Below are positions 48,004 to 59,801 of a DNA stretch of 64,000 nucleotides, one piece after another. The position numbers were made by a program, and so were the translations under genes. The notes beneath the pieces were generated by a model that was not told the DNA's origin, did not search any database, and saw nothing but the letters and a program-made list of their open reading frames with translations. The stretch covers positions 2,845-66,844 of the forward strand of contig MEKX01000173.1 of the NCBI GenBank assembly GCA_001767075.1, given 5' to 3'. Numbering within the stretch: the first letter of the stretch is position 1; every line of letters starts with the position of its first letter. Origin of the DNA: Acidobacteria bacterium RIFCSPLOWO2_12_FULL_54_10. Lineage in GTDB: Bacteria; Acidobacteriota; Terriglobia; 2-12-FULL-54-10.

Positions 48004-49011
48004 ATGTGCCCACAAGGTTCGGATTCAGCAAATAACACTCCATTTGAACATTCGCCGTTACCAGTTTCTGTTGATGGAAAATCCTATTTGCAGGGATTCC
48101 GAGCATTGCCAACAATCCCATCCATCGTATTTGGACTAGTCAGTTTATTGGCTGATCCCAAGTCAACGGATGCGGAACTCGCAGAGTTTATCTGGAAATC
48201 GCCCTCGTTATTATCAGCCGCTATAAATATGTTAAATTCCAGAACTGCGGAGTGCTCGATTTCTGCTGACCGATTGCAGCAAGAAATTGCACAGCTGGGG
48301 AAAAATCGGTTGAGAATTTTGAGTTTTCAAACTCCATTACTGAGTTCGCTGCATCCCTGGAAGCCAGGCTTTTATTCCGCTATGTATTGGGAAAGATCGC
48401 TATTATGCGCTGAAGCCTGCAAAGCTGTAGCCCAGCAATTGAGAATGCCCTGTCCTGAGCAGTATTACATCACTGGTTTGCTTCATGACATCGGATATTT
48501 AGTGCTGCTGCAAAAAAATCCAACAGGCTTAGCAGATGTTTTTGAGCGTTGGTCAACACAGAGGGGCGACTTGCTGGAAATTGAGCGGGCGTTACTTGGA
48601 ATCGACCATTGCCAACTCGGCGTAGAGATTGCTAGAAAGCTGAAACTGGAAACATGGATCATACATGGCATCGCTCAGCACCATCACCCATCGCCGGATT
48701 CAGATAGTTTTGGGATAATCACTAGCATTGGCAGTGTTTTTTGCAACTCCAAAGGCATTGATTTCTCACCTCCGCATGCTTTGCCAAATTTCAATAAGAA
48801 GCAGGAACTTGAGGAGATTATCTCTGGTTTACTACCAGGTTTTTCCAATATGGAAATCGGAAGTTTGATAAATACTATGGAAGATATAGTTCCCGGAGCC
48901 CAATCGTGGGCTGGAAAGCTACTTTTGGAAACCAGCGACTATCGCAATGAAAATCGATCGATACCATCGGCCCCAGAACATTTATTGCACATCACGAATA
49001 GAAATATTTAG
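48004..49011 (+). CDS. HDOD domain signalling protein
   Basis: LPTIPSIVFGLVSLLADPKSTDAELAEFIWKSPSL..., GLLHDIGYLVL, IDHCQLGVEIARKLKL..I.GIAQHHHP are HDOD/HD-related motifs. Confidence 0.75.
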   Translation: MCPQGSDSANNTPFEHSPLPVSVDGKSYLQGFRALPTIPSIVFGLVSLLADPKSTDAELAEFIWKSPSLLSAAINMLNSRTAECSISADRLQQEIAQLGKNRLRILSFQTPLLSSLHPWKPGFYSAMYWERSLLCAEACKAVAQQLRMPCPEQYYITGLLHDIGYLVLLQKNPTGLADVFERWSTQRGDLLEIERALLGIDHCQLGVEIARKLKLETWIIHGIAQHHHPSPDSDSFGIITSIGSVFCNSKGIDFSPPHALPNFNKKQELEEIISGLLPGFSNMEIGSLINTMEDIVPGAQSWAGKLLLETSDYRNENRSIPSAPEHLLHITNRNI

Positions 49012-49054
49012 CTTTGAAAGCGATACATGATAATGAATCAGTATAGCCGTTTTC

Positions 49055-50473
49055 TTAAGGTACGAGCTCTTCTTCTGCTTGCAAAACTGAATCCAACCGC
49101 TTCATTTTTTCAAGAAGAGTTGTGCGTTTAAGGTTGAGGAGCGCTGCTGCTTTTGTTCTTTTTCCATGAGCTTTTCTCAAGCTTTCCTGAATCAGAGACT
49201 TTTCGAATTCAGAAACAAGAAAGTGAAAATCAACGCCCTCCGGCGGTATTTCAACGCGGGGAATAAATGAGGATTCTATTTTGACCTGACCCAATGCTGG
49301 CAGGTCTATTGGCAGCAAATAATCTCTTTCTCCAGCCAATATGATCGCCATTTCAATAGCATTTTCCAGTTGCCGCACGTTACCCGGCCATTCGTAATCC
49401 ATCAATTTCCGCATGACATCCTGGCTTATCTGTTTCTCAGCAATGCCCTCGCGCGTGCAGATTTTTCTCTGCAGATGCCTTGCTAACAGTGGAATATCCT
49501 CTCTGCGCTCGCGCAGAGGCGGAACGACAATTGTAAACACATTCAAACGATAAAATAGGTCCTCGCGGAACGAGCCTGCTCTGACTCGCTCTTCAAGATT
49601 TGTGTTTGTAGCGGCAATGAAACGAATATCCAGCTTGATGGATTGCGAACCGCCTACGCGCTGGCATTCCTTGTCTTGAACGACGCGCAGTAGTTTGCTC
49701 TGCAAATCGGCTGACATGTTTCCAATTTCATCCAAAAAGATCGTACCTCGGTTTGCTTGTTCCAGTCTCCCAATGCGTAACTGATGGGCATCCGTGAATG
49801 CCCCCTTTTCATGACCAAAAAACTCGTCCTCCATCAGGTGTGCGGGAATTGCGCCGCAGTTCACGCTAATCAATGGATAATCCTTCCGAAGACTGTTCTT
49901 GTGGATAGCACGCGCAACTAATTCCTTGCCAGATCCAGTTTCTCCTAGCAACAAAACAGTGGTCCTTTTTGATGCTACTTGAGCGACCCGGGACTTTACC
50001 TCCAACACAGCCGGGCTTTCGCCCATCATTTCTTCGAATTCCCCGTCTATCGATAAATGCTCCAAACTTCTAGTTTTCCAGCGCCACCGGCGTTCATCTA
50101 ACGCTTTTTTTATTCGTAACACCAACTCATCCTTCAGAAATGGTTTTTGCAGATAATCGGTAGCGCCAAGTTTCATCATGTTGACGGCATTCCGTACATC
50201 CCCGAAACCTGTGACCACAATGACGATTAAATCAGGATAAAGCTGGCGTGCTTGTGAAAGTATTTCTTCTCCATCAGCTCCAGGCAATTTCAAGTCGGTC
50301 AATAAAATATCATAGATGTTTTGCTTTATCTTCTGGATTGCTTCTAGCCCATCTTCCGCTTGATCCACTTCAAAGGAGAGATCATTTAGAGCTACGCTCA
50401 TCGAATTGCGCAGCTCCGCATCGTCCTCTACAAGCAGAACCCGTTGATTTTTGTAATCGCTCTTGGCAGCCAT
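49055..50473 (-). CDS. sigma-54-dependent response regulator (REC + AAA+ + Fis-type HTH; NtrC family)
   Basis: VLLVEDD...ILLTDLKLPGADG (REC), GETGSGKE Walker A, GAFTDA (variant of GAFTGA), FREDLFYRLNV, C-terminal HTH KAAALLNLKRTTLLEKMKRL. Confidence 0.88.
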   Translation of the reverse strand: MAAKSDYKNQRVLLVEDDAELRNSMSVALNDLSFEVDQAEDGLEAIQKIKQNIYDILLTDLKLPGADGEEILSQARQLYPDLIVIVVTGFGDVRNAVNMMKLGATDYLQKPFLKDELVLRIKKALDERRWRWKTRSLEHLSIDGEFEEMMGESPAVLEVKSRVAQVASKRTTVLLLGETGSGKELVARAIHKNSLRKDYPLISVNCGAIPAHLMEDEFFGHEKGAFTDAHQLRIGRLEQANRGTIFLDEIGNMSADLQSKLLRVVQDKECQRVGGSQSIKLDIRFIAATNTNLEERVRAGSFREDLFYRLNVFTIVVPPLRERREDIPLLARHLQRKICTREGIAEKQISQDVMRKLMDYEWPGNVRQLENAIEMAIILAGERDYLLPIDLPALGQVKIESSFIPRVEIPPEGVDFHFLVSEFEKSLIQESLRKAHGKRTKAAALLNLKRTTLLEKMKRLDSVLQAEEELVP

Positions 50474-50564
50474 ATGAGATTGCAGCAGCGTCGTGAGATT
50501 ACAGTTTAATTTTTCCTAGATACGATGTAACAGGAAAATGGAAATTCCTTAGAGATGTGCTTTT

Positions 50565-51689
50565 TTAGTCAGCAATGACTGACAAGGGGAAAATTGGAGA
50601 AATTGAGCGAAAGAAGCCATCAAATTTTTTCTCTACGACTTCCCTTGCCGCATCCCATTTCTCACGAGGTATTGAAAGAAAAACATCCGCAATTTCTTTA
50701 TCGAATTGGGTTCCTGCGCAACGCCGGATTTCTTTTCTTGCATCTTCAAACGATCGAGGAGGGCAGTATGATCGGCCTGTCGTAATTACATCAAATGCAT
50801 CCGCAACGGAAAAAATTCTTGCTTCGAGGGGAATTGACGCTCCCTGGAGCTTGAGCGGATATCCTTTTCCGTCAACCCTTTCGTGGTGGCAGAGCGCCAT
50901 GGTGGCGGCTTGCACGAGAGAGGGTATTCTGGAAAGCATTTGATATCCGTAAACGGTATGTTGCTTCATCATTTGAAATTGTTGTGTTGTTAACCGACCA
51001 GGATGCATCAGGATAGCGTCCGGAATTGCTATTTTACCTATATCATGAAGCAAAGCCCCATAGCCGAGCTGTTTACGCAACACCATGCTGTAACCGCATT
51101 TCTCCGCCAGTAGCAGCGAAAACGCCTGGACTCGCAATGAATGTAGGTGTGTTTCTCTCTCGCGTGCATCCAGCGCCGAAACTAAGGCTTCGAGCAGCAA
51201 ATTCTGGCTTAAATCTACCTGCTGTAACGCTTGACGCAAGTGTTCCGTGCGCTCTTGCAGAGTTTCTTCAAGAACGCGACGATGATCCACTTCTTCTCGT
51301 CTGGTCTCATGCCCTAATTTAATCCTTTCCACACTTAAATGAAGCGCATGTGATTCCAATGGCTTCCATAAACAGTCGTGAGCGCCTATCCTCATCGATT
51401 CGACAGCTAAGTCACAATCTTCCTTTTCCGCGATCATCAAAAATGAGGCGTGGGGGGCTATTGCAGTAGCCCGGCTGAGAAATTCTTGTACCGGATTATC
51501 AGGCAACCGGAGATCACAAAGCACCAAGCTAAACGGCGAGCGGTCTAAGAGCTCTAATGCTGCATTCGCAGTATTGGCAGTTAAGATAGTGAAATGCCGG
51601 GGGGAAAGGCAATTTTGCGCTGCCTTTACGATTTCAGGATCATTTCCGACTACCAAAATCCAAGTTGTCTTCAAGAGTGAATCTTGCAT
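50565..51689 (-). CDS. response regulator with HD-GYP phosphodiesterase output domain (RpfG-like)
   Basis: REC (ILVVGND...LVLCDLRLPD) followed by HDIGKIAIPDAIL...HHERVDGKGYP. Confidence 0.85.
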   Translation of the reverse strand: MQDSLLKTTWILVVGNDPEIVKAAQNCLSPRHFTILTANTANAALELLDRSPFSLVLCDLRLPDNPVQEFLSRATAIAPHASFLMIAEKEDCDLAVESMRIGAHDCLWKPLESHALHLSVERIKLGHETRREEVDHRRVLEETLQERTEHLRQALQQVDLSQNLLLEALVSALDARERETHLHSLRVQAFSLLLAEKCGYSMVLRKQLGYGALLHDIGKIAIPDAILMHPGRLTTQQFQMMKQHTVYGYQMLSRIPSLVQAATMALCHHERVDGKGYPLKLQGASIPLEARIFSVADAFDVITTGRSYCPPRSFEDARKEIRRCAGTQFDKEIADVFLSIPREKWDAAREVVEKKFDGFFRSISPIFPLSVIAD

Positions 51690-51921
51690 ATATATTTCAT
51701 CAAATGAATATCAAACCATTGTCAATGCAAATAGAGGACCACCCAAACGTGTGACTTAAGCTTGGAATGGATTCCCTAACTTATTGGTTATAAGATGGTT
51801 AGAAAAATAGGGTAGTGCGGAATTTTAATACTCCGTCATTTAGTTGGCGATATATTGGCGATAATGACGGAGGATTGACAGAAAGTACGGTGCCTAATTA
51901 CAGATCGGTGTAAGAGCGTTG

Positions 51922-52179
51922 CTAATCATGAATCGAGGATTCACCTGAGGGAAAACGAAGGAATCGGTCAATGCGAAGAGCTTCGGCAATTATAGTCTCC
52001 AACCGCTGTGTATCCTGTGACGTTCGATCCACTCCAAGCAGCAGGTCGCATTGCAAAAGAATCGATGTTAGGGGAGTGCTAATTTTATGCCGCAGTTCTT
52101 GTAATTCAACAATGGTTAATTGGCCGCATTCTTCCGCACTGGCATTGCCCACTAAGGAATCTCCTGATTTCATCAGCAT
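51922..52179 (-). CDS. 85-aa stand-alone DHp/HisKA-like protein (H-box only, no catalytic ATPase domain)
   Basis: LQELRHKISTPLTSILLQCDLLL matches the H-box (sHELRTPLtsI). A second helix follows (TQRLETIIAEALRIDRFL) and then the ORF ends. Downstream is AT-rich non-coding DNA with a hairpin, with no HATPase remnant visible. Confidence 0.55.
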   Translation of the reverse strand: MLMKSGDSLVGNASAEECGQLTIVELQELRHKISTPLTSILLQCDLLLGVDRTSQDTQRLETIIAEALRIDRFLRFPSGESSIHD

Positions 52180-52323
52180 ATATGCCTTTCTTCTAAAGTA
52201 AAATCAGCTTTCTTGATTCTGAATACGAAAGCGCTCTGGCTGGTGTATATAAGAGTCAATGGAAACTCCTTCGTAGTCTTTATAACCAACAGCCGCACGA
52301 TCCATTCGTTATTCTGGAAAGTC

Positions 52324-53871
52324 CTAATCGAGGGCGGTTCGAATCATGGAAGCAAGTTCAAGCATGGTAAATGGCTTCCTCAAAAATAAAAAAGTCGGAT
52401 CCATCTCGAATTTCTGATTAATAAATATTTCGTTATAGCCACTTGTAAAAAGAAATTTGACCGTTGGTTTGCGTTCCTTGATCGCCTCATACACTTCGCG
52501 CGAGCCTTTCTTCGGGATGATGGCATCCAGCAGGATCAAGTCAATTTGATCGGCCCAGCGTTGAAATACTTTGAGAGCTTCTTCGCCATCGGCGGCAGTA
52601 AATACTCGGTAACCAAGCCGTGGCAAAGCCTCAAGAACGAGCCTTCTGACACTCTTGTCATCTTCTACAACCAAAATCGTCGCAGACCCTTCTGGGGATG
52701 ATGACACAGATGGTATGCGCAGAGGCTGAGGTTCTCCAATTCCCGGCGGGAAAAAGATCGCGAATTCCGTTCCCCTTCCTACTTCGCTCGAAACGCGGAT
52801 AAAGCCCTCGTGTTGTTGCACAATTCCATAAACCATGGAAAGACCAAGTCCCGTGCCTTTGCCTACTGCCTTTCGGGTAAAGAAGGGTTCAAAAACGTGT
52901 GGAAGAATTTCAGGGGCTATTCCTTCTCCTGTGTCTTGAACGGAAAGTACCACATACCGACCTGGACGCTCCGTCTCCTTTCCATTGCAATCCGATTCGT
53001 TGAGAATTTCCGATCGCACCGCTAGACGAAGATTGCCGCCAGCAGGCATGGCATCACGAGCATTGAGACAAAGATTCAAAACAACTTGCTCAATCTGAGA
53101 CTGATCAGCCCGGACGGGTGGTAAGCTCGGTTCGTGCAAAATCTCCAGACGAATGTCCTCCCCAATCACTCTGCCCACCATGCGTGCCATGTTTTCCACT
53201 ACATCCTCTAGACGAATTATTTTCATCTGCAGGATCTGGCGGCGGCTAAAGGCAAGCAAACTGTGGGTAAGATCAGCGGCATGTTTGCCCGCATGGTGAA
53301 TTTCGCGCAGGCTTTCCGCATTGGGGGGTGTCCGGCCATTCATCATGGCTTCGGTCAAACCCAGTATAGTAGTCAAAACATTATTGAAATCGTGCGCAAT
53401 CCCACCCGCCAGTTTTCCTATGGCTTCCATCTTCTGTGACTGTTGCAATTCCGCTTCCAGACGTTGTTTATCCGTGAGATTCTTAAATTGAATCAGAACA
53501 ATGGGTTCACCCTGAGGATATGACAGCGCGGTATGTTTTAACTCAACAGGAACCTCTTCACCTGCTTTAATTTTGCATCTGGTAATCGTTACCCTGGATT
53601 CTCCCTTTTGAAGAACTTCCCGAATAATTCGCTTTTCTCTCTCCCAGATATCTGCCTGGAAAAAGTCGGCCGGATGCGCTTCCGCAAGTTCCGTAGCGGG
53701 AAAACAGGTGAGCTGTTCGAATGCTCTATTCCACAGCAGCAATTTTTCATCATTGCCTACCACAAGAAATGGATGATCCAGTTCCTCGAGTAGGTGTCTT
53801 AGAAATGCCTGAGAGTCGGTTAGCTGAGGGTTATGTTGCCGTTGGGCAGCATATTGGGTTGCGTTTAGCAT
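52324..53871 (-). CDS. cytoplasmic hybrid sensor histidine kinase (PAS - HisKA - HATPase_c - REC)
   Basis: 515 aa with no TM. PAS-like N-terminus, [17 protein letters not shown]-box, [10 protein letters not shown] / DTGEGI / GTGLGLS ATP-lid motifs, C-terminal REC (ILVVEDD...[11 protein letters not shown]). Confidence 0.88.
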   Translation of the reverse strand: MLNATQYAAQRQHNPQLTDSQAFLRHLLEELDHPFLVVGNDEKLLLWNRAFEQLTCFPATELAEAHPADFFQADIWEREKRIIREVLQKGESRVTITRCKIKAGEEVPVELKHTALSYPQGEPIVLIQFKNLTDKQRLEAELQQSQKMEAIGKLAGGIAHDFNNVLTTILGLTEAMMNGRTPPNAESLREIHHAGKHAADLTHSLLAFSRRQILQMKIIRLEDVVENMARMVGRVIGEDIRLEILHEPSLPPVRADQSQIEQVVLNLCLNARDAMPAGGNLRLAVRSEILNESDCNGKETERPGRYVVLSVQDTGEGIAPEILPHVFEPFFTRKAVGKGTGLGLSMVYGIVQQHEGFIRVSSEVGRGTEFAIFFPPGIGEPQPLRIPSVSSSPEGSATILVVEDDKSVRRLVLEALPRLGYRVFTAADGEEALKVFQRWADQIDLILLDAIIPKKGSREVYEAIKERKPTVKFLFTSGYNEIFINQKFEMDPTFLFLRKPFTMLELASMIRTALD

Positions 53872-54130
53872 CGAAATTAAGCGTGCAGCCGTGCTCGCGA
53901 GTTAGCTCACAGGCTTGCCATGGTGATTAATAATCTGTCACCTATGGCATTTCCTATGACTGGCGACTACTCTGCCAATCCGTATCTAATCAGAGAATTG
54001 AAAATGGAAGCAACCGGTTTTAGGCATTCCACCGATCAATGTACAAGAACGGTCATCACGCGAGGAATGACTTAAAAAGTAGTAACCATACTTACGGCAG
54101 TGAAAAAGAAGAGTGTGCTAGCAGTAGAAA

Positions 54131-55180
54131 CTAGCGAAACTCCTCCATGATAGTCTCCAAAGCCTCCGGGCCAGGCCGGGTTAGATCCGAAGGCAGCGTC
54201 GCTAAGGTATCTTCCGTCATATTGAGCAATTTGATAAAATCTTTGTCGTTGGTATTAACATACAAGACACCAGTTAGAACTTCGCCTTTGTTCTTGTGAG
54301 TTTCTATGGCTTTTAATGCGCTCAACTTATCTGTCGCATTATAATCGCTATCGATTTTCCGCAACAATAACTGCGATCCGTCATGCATGCGCACGTTCTG
54401 GGTCTCGCCTGGATCGTAGTCCACTTCGATATTTTCGAAAAATGGAACGAAATCGATCTGGTGCAACGGCTCCTCATGATCCTTCATATAGCTGTAACTC
54501 TTGGTTGAGCCTGCGTGGTCGTTGAACGTCACGCAGGGAGAGATCACATCCAGCATGGCAGTCCCGCGATGTGCGATAGCAGCCTTGAGAATGGCGGACA
54601 ATTGCCTTTTATCGCCGGAGAAAGACCTGGCTACAAAGGTGGCACCCAGTTGAATTGCTAATGCGCAAGTATCAATCGCTGGAAGCTCATTCACAACTCC
54701 GCTCTTAAGTTTTGATCCAAAATCAGCCGTGGCTGAAAACTGGCCTTTGGTCAGTCCGTAAACACCGTTATCCTCAATGATGTAAACGATGGGCAAATTG
54801 CGCCGCATAAGATGCACAAACTGACCAATCCCGATGGACGCGGTGTCACCATCACCGCTAACGCCAATTGCCATGAGGTGCTGATTTGCCAGCATCGCAC
54901 CCGTAGCCACAGAGGGCATTCTGCCATGCACAGCATTGAACCCATGCGATGTGCCCAAGAAATATGCTGGCGCTTTGCTGGAGCAACCTATGCCTGAAAG
55001 CTTGATGACTTGAGACGGTGTGATTCCCATCTCCCAAAATGCTTCCACAATGCGTTCGCTAATGGCATTATGACCGCACCCGGCACAAAGCGTAGTTTTA
55101 CCGCCCCGGTAGGTAACGACTTCCAAACCAATGCGATTTGTTTTCTTTGGAGGGGCTGGCGAAACAACTGTGGTGCTCAT
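54131..55180 (-). CDS. korB: 2-oxoacid:ferredoxin oxidoreductase, beta (TPP-binding) subunit
   Basis: CAGCGHNAI, SGIGCSS, GDGDTASIG TPP motif. 349 aa. 2 nt after the alpha-subunit stop. Confidence 0.88.
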   Translation of the reverse strand: MSTTVVSPAPPKKTNRIGLEVVTYRGGKTTLCAGCGHNAISERIVEAFWEMGITPSQVIKLSGIGCSSKAPAYFLGTSHGFNAVHGRMPSVATGAMLANQHLMAIGVSGDGDTASIGIGQFVHLMRRNLPIVYIIEDNGVYGLTKGQFSATADFGSKLKSGVVNELPAIDTCALAIQLGATFVARSFSGDKRQLSAILKAAIAHRGTAMLDVISPCVTFNDHAGSTKSYSYMKDHEEPLHQIDFVPFFENIEVDYDPGETQNVRMHDGSQLLLRKIDSDYNATDKLSALKAIETHKNKGEVLTGVLYVNTNDKDFIKLLNMTEDTLATLPSDLTRPGPEALETIMEEFR

Positions 55181-55182
55181 GG

Positions 55183-57024
55183 CTACTTTTGTGACTCCTG
55201 TGAATAAATTCCGTCTGTGACGGTGCGGGCATCAATGGGGAAACCCGTATAGTGGCGAACACTGCGCAGTTTTGAAATCTCTCCGGCAGGAAGATCTAGG
55301 CGAAGCAAATCAAACATCTGTCCGTCGCGGTTCTGTTCCACTACATATACTCGCTTCATTCGCTTCACGAAATTTGTAACGTCATCATTGAATGGGAAAG
55401 CTCGCAACCGCATATATGAGGTCTTGATATTTTTCTCATTGAGAAGCTGATCGCGACTCTCGACAATTGCCCAGTGGGTGCTTCCGTAAGCGATGATTCC
55501 TGCTTCGGCCCCAGCTACCTCTTCAATAACTGGTGGTGGAACCTTTTTGCGGGCAGTATCAAATTTTCTCTTTAGCCTGTCGACATTGTTTTTATAGTCT
55601 TCTGGTTTCTCGCTATATCCGGCCTTTTCATTATGGCCGCTTCCACGCGTGAAGTATCCAGCTAGGGGGTGATTGGTTCCAGGAATCGTCCGGTAAGGAA
55701 TACCATCTCCATCCACATCGCGATATCTTTCAAATTTCCCAACTCGATCCAGGTCTTTGGCGGATAGAACTTTACCGCGATTGATCGGTTTAGTTGGATA
55801 CGGGAATGGGTCGGCCATCCAGTTGTTCATGCCCAAGTCGAGATCCGACATCACAAAAACCGGCGTCTGGAACATCTCTGCTAACTCAAAGGCCTCCATA
55901 GCCATTGCGTAGCAATCTTCCACGGAATAGGGTATGAGCAAAATGTGCGCTGTATCGCCGTGCGAGAGGAAGGCAGTCGAAAGCATGTCTCCTTGGCATG
56001 TTCGCGTGGGCAATCCTGTGGAAGGTCCCATACGCTGTACATCAAAGATCACTATGGGTATTTCGGTATAGTAGGCTAAACCCGTAAACTCAGCCATCAA
56101 TGAAATGCCTGGACCTGCTGTTGCGGTCATTGATCGAGCGCCAGCCCAAGCAGCCCCGACGGTCATCCCGATGGCCGCTATTTCGTCTTCCGCCTGTACG
56201 ATGGCGAACGTAGCCTTCCCCGTTTTGGGATCAATTCGGTGTTCCTTCATATATTCAGTCAATGATTCGGCTAGCGATGAAGATGGCGTAATGGGATACC
56301 ATGCCACCACGGTAACGCCAGCAAACATGCAGCCGATTGCAGCCGCTGAGTTGCCATCGATTAATATCTTTCCTTTGGTTTTATCCAGCCGTTTCAGGTA
56401 AAACCGATCGGTCTTCGCCAAATTCTGATCAGAAAACTCAAATCCTGCTTTAACGGCGTTCCAGTTAAGATCCGCAGCCTTTACTTTTTTGCCGAATTGT
56501 TTGCGGAGCGCTTTCTCGATTTCCGGAAGCTCAATTTCCAGCAATCGCGCCAGGATCCCAACGTAAAGCATGTTCCGCACCAGCTTCCGGAGTTTAGCTT
56601 CCGGGCAAACCGGAGCGACCAGCTTGTCATAAGGAACAGGATAAAAGATCAGATCATTGCGTAACTGTTTCAAGCCTAATGGTTCGTCGTATACAACCGC
56701 TGCACCGGCTGGCAAGTTCATCACATCCTCATGGGCCGTTTCCGGATTCATCGCTACTAAATAATCGATCTCTTTTTTTCTCGCGATGTACCCGCTGTGG
56801 TTTGCGCGGATCGTGTACCATGTTGGCAAGCCGGCAATATTGGAAGGGAAAATATTCTTGCCGGAAACCGGAATGCCCATCTGTAAAATTGACCGCAGCA
56901 GCACCATATTGGCTGTCTGGCTGCCCGAGCCATTTACTGTTGCTACTTGAATGCTCATGTCATTGAGTACTTTTTTGCCAGCATCAGAGGTGCTTAATGC
57001 AGCGACTGCTTCTGTTGTAGCCAT
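55183..57024 (-). CDS. korA: 2-oxoacid:ferredoxin oxidoreductase, alpha subunit (fused gamma/alpha domains)
   Basis: 613 aa. VATVNGSGSQTAN (gamma-like domain), YPITPSS, GAAWAGARSMTATAGPGISLM. AGGAG before ATG 57024. Confidence 0.88.
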   Translation of the reverse strand: MATTEAVAALSTSDAGKKVLNDMSIQVATVNGSGSQTANMVLLRSILQMGIPVSGKNIFPSNIAGLPTWYTIRANHSGYIARKKEIDYLVAMNPETAHEDVMNLPAGAAVVYDEPLGLKQLRNDLIFYPVPYDKLVAPVCPEAKLRKLVRNMLYVGILARLLEIELPEIEKALRKQFGKKVKAADLNWNAVKAGFEFSDQNLAKTDRFYLKRLDKTKGKILIDGNSAAAIGCMFAGVTVVAWYPITPSSSLAESLTEYMKEHRIDPKTGKATFAIVQAEDEIAAIGMTVGAAWAGARSMTATAGPGISLMAEFTGLAYYTEIPIVIFDVQRMGPSTGLPTRTCQGDMLSTAFLSHGDTAHILLIPYSVEDCYAMAMEAFELAEMFQTPVFVMSDLDLGMNNWMADPFPYPTKPINRGKVLSAKDLDRVGKFERYRDVDGDGIPYRTIPGTNHPLAGYFTRGSGHNEKAGYSEKPEDYKNNVDRLKRKFDTARKKVPPPVIEEVAGAEAGIIAYGSTHWAIVESRDQLLNEKNIKTSYMRLRAFPFNDDVTNFVKRMKRVYVVEQNRDGQMFDLLRLDLPAGEISKLRSVRHYTGFPIDARTVTDGIYSQESQK

Positions 57025-57214
57025 GAAAGCTCCTGAATCAAATAAGAATGCGTTCTTCAGTATTTTGCTTCGTGCGGGTTATTAATGAGGACTACAAAGT
57101 CACCATTAATTACCCGAACTTTTTAGTATATCCTTCAAAAAGTCCAGAATCAATGCGACCATCTGCGTCATCACCCCTATGGTAATCGTGTGTTAAATAA
57201 AACATTACATCCAT

Positions 57215-57241
57215 AAAAAAACCGGGTGGAATTCCACCCGG
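57215..57241 (-). terminator. rho-independent terminator of groES-groEL
   Basis: Minus strand ccgggtgg-aatt-ccacccgg followed by TTTTTTT. 50 nt downstream of the groEL stop. Confidence 0.85.
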
Positions 57242-57290
57242 CATGAAAAGCTTAAATTGTGATGATTGATTCTTTCTATTAAAAATCAGC

Positions 57291-58925
<1,635 letters not shown>

Positions 58926-59036
58926 CTAAAACCTCCCTTAAATTTCACCGTTACGCCAGAGCAACTGCAATTGCCTTCCGGCTAAGATTCAAACTGAATT
59001 GTTAATTATTTCAAGTACGGGAAAACCCTTTATGAT

Positions 59037-59357
59037 TTACTTCTTTTTCCCGGAAGCTGACGAAGAACCGCCAGCAAGGATACCTAAGATGTCATCCTCG
59101 CGCATGATCAGATATTCCTGGCCGTCGATTTTGACCTCCGATCCGGAGTATTTACCGAACAGGATGCGGTCTCCGACCTTTACGTCCATAGCCACGCGGG
59201 TTCCGTTATCAAGAATTTTCCCGTTCCCAACAGCTAGAACTTCGCCTTCTTGAGGCTTTTCCTTGGCTGAATCGGGAATAACAATACCCCCGCGCATCAC
59301 TTCCTTCTCTTCCAATCTCTTCACCACAACTCGATCATGAAGAGGCCTAATGTTCAT
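59037..59357 (-). CDS. groS: co-chaperonin GroES
   Basis: [19 protein letters not shown]...GEVLAVGNG, with a short Gly/Ser/Lys C-terminal extension. GGAGGG before the ATG. Confidence 0.95.
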   Translation of the reverse strand: MNIRPLHDRVVVKRLEEKEVMRGGIVIPDSAKEKPQEGEVLAVGNGKILDNGTRVAMDVKVGDRILFGKYSGSEVKIDGQEYLIMREDDILGILAGGSSSASGKKK

Positions 59358-59492
59358 CAGTCCCTCCTATTTTGTTTCACTTTTTTTCGGATTTCCACCT
59401 AATTAGCGGGGTCAAGTTCTCCCCGAAAGTAGGCAGATCACAGGCTTTATTTACCCCGCAAACCTTTACAGCGGTAGGGCTGATCGCGCCTG

Positions 59493-59519
59493 TTAGCACT
59501 CTCAGCCCGAGAGTGCTAG
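59493..59519 (-). promoter_or_regulatory. CIRCE operator (HrcA binding site) in the groES leader
   Basis: TTAGCACTC-tcagcccga-GAGTGCTAg versus consensus TTAGCACTC-N9-GAGTGCTAA. About 135 nt upstream of the groES ATG. Confidence 0.85.
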
Positions 59520-59618
59520 ATTACTCGACGCATGGCTATTTGTCAAGGTCAATACGAGCATCACGGGCGGGTCGTCGTTACAAATGAGCCGACGTTTTGA
59601 TTCGACTGCCATAGAAAA

Positions 59619-59709
<91 letters not shown>

Positions 59710-59801
59710 ATATGAGTTTTATCATTGTAGGCTGTGCGTAGGAAAACCGCAATATTTGAAGCTCGGTTGCGCTAATCTTTCAAATCTTCCATACTCAAAT
59801 T

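Noticed and set aside
51845-51859. Sigma-54-like promoter TGGCGATATATTGGC (GG and GC at the canonical 10-nt offset) near the NtrC-type regulator
   Set aside because: It is on the + strand, pointing antisense into minus-strand genes with no + strand gene downstream. The -12 element is TGGC rather than TTGC. It is better explained as the TTGGCGAT direct repeat in the hairpin loop. Other TGGCAC words (e.g. 20702, 21948) fall inside coding regions or lack a -12 GC.
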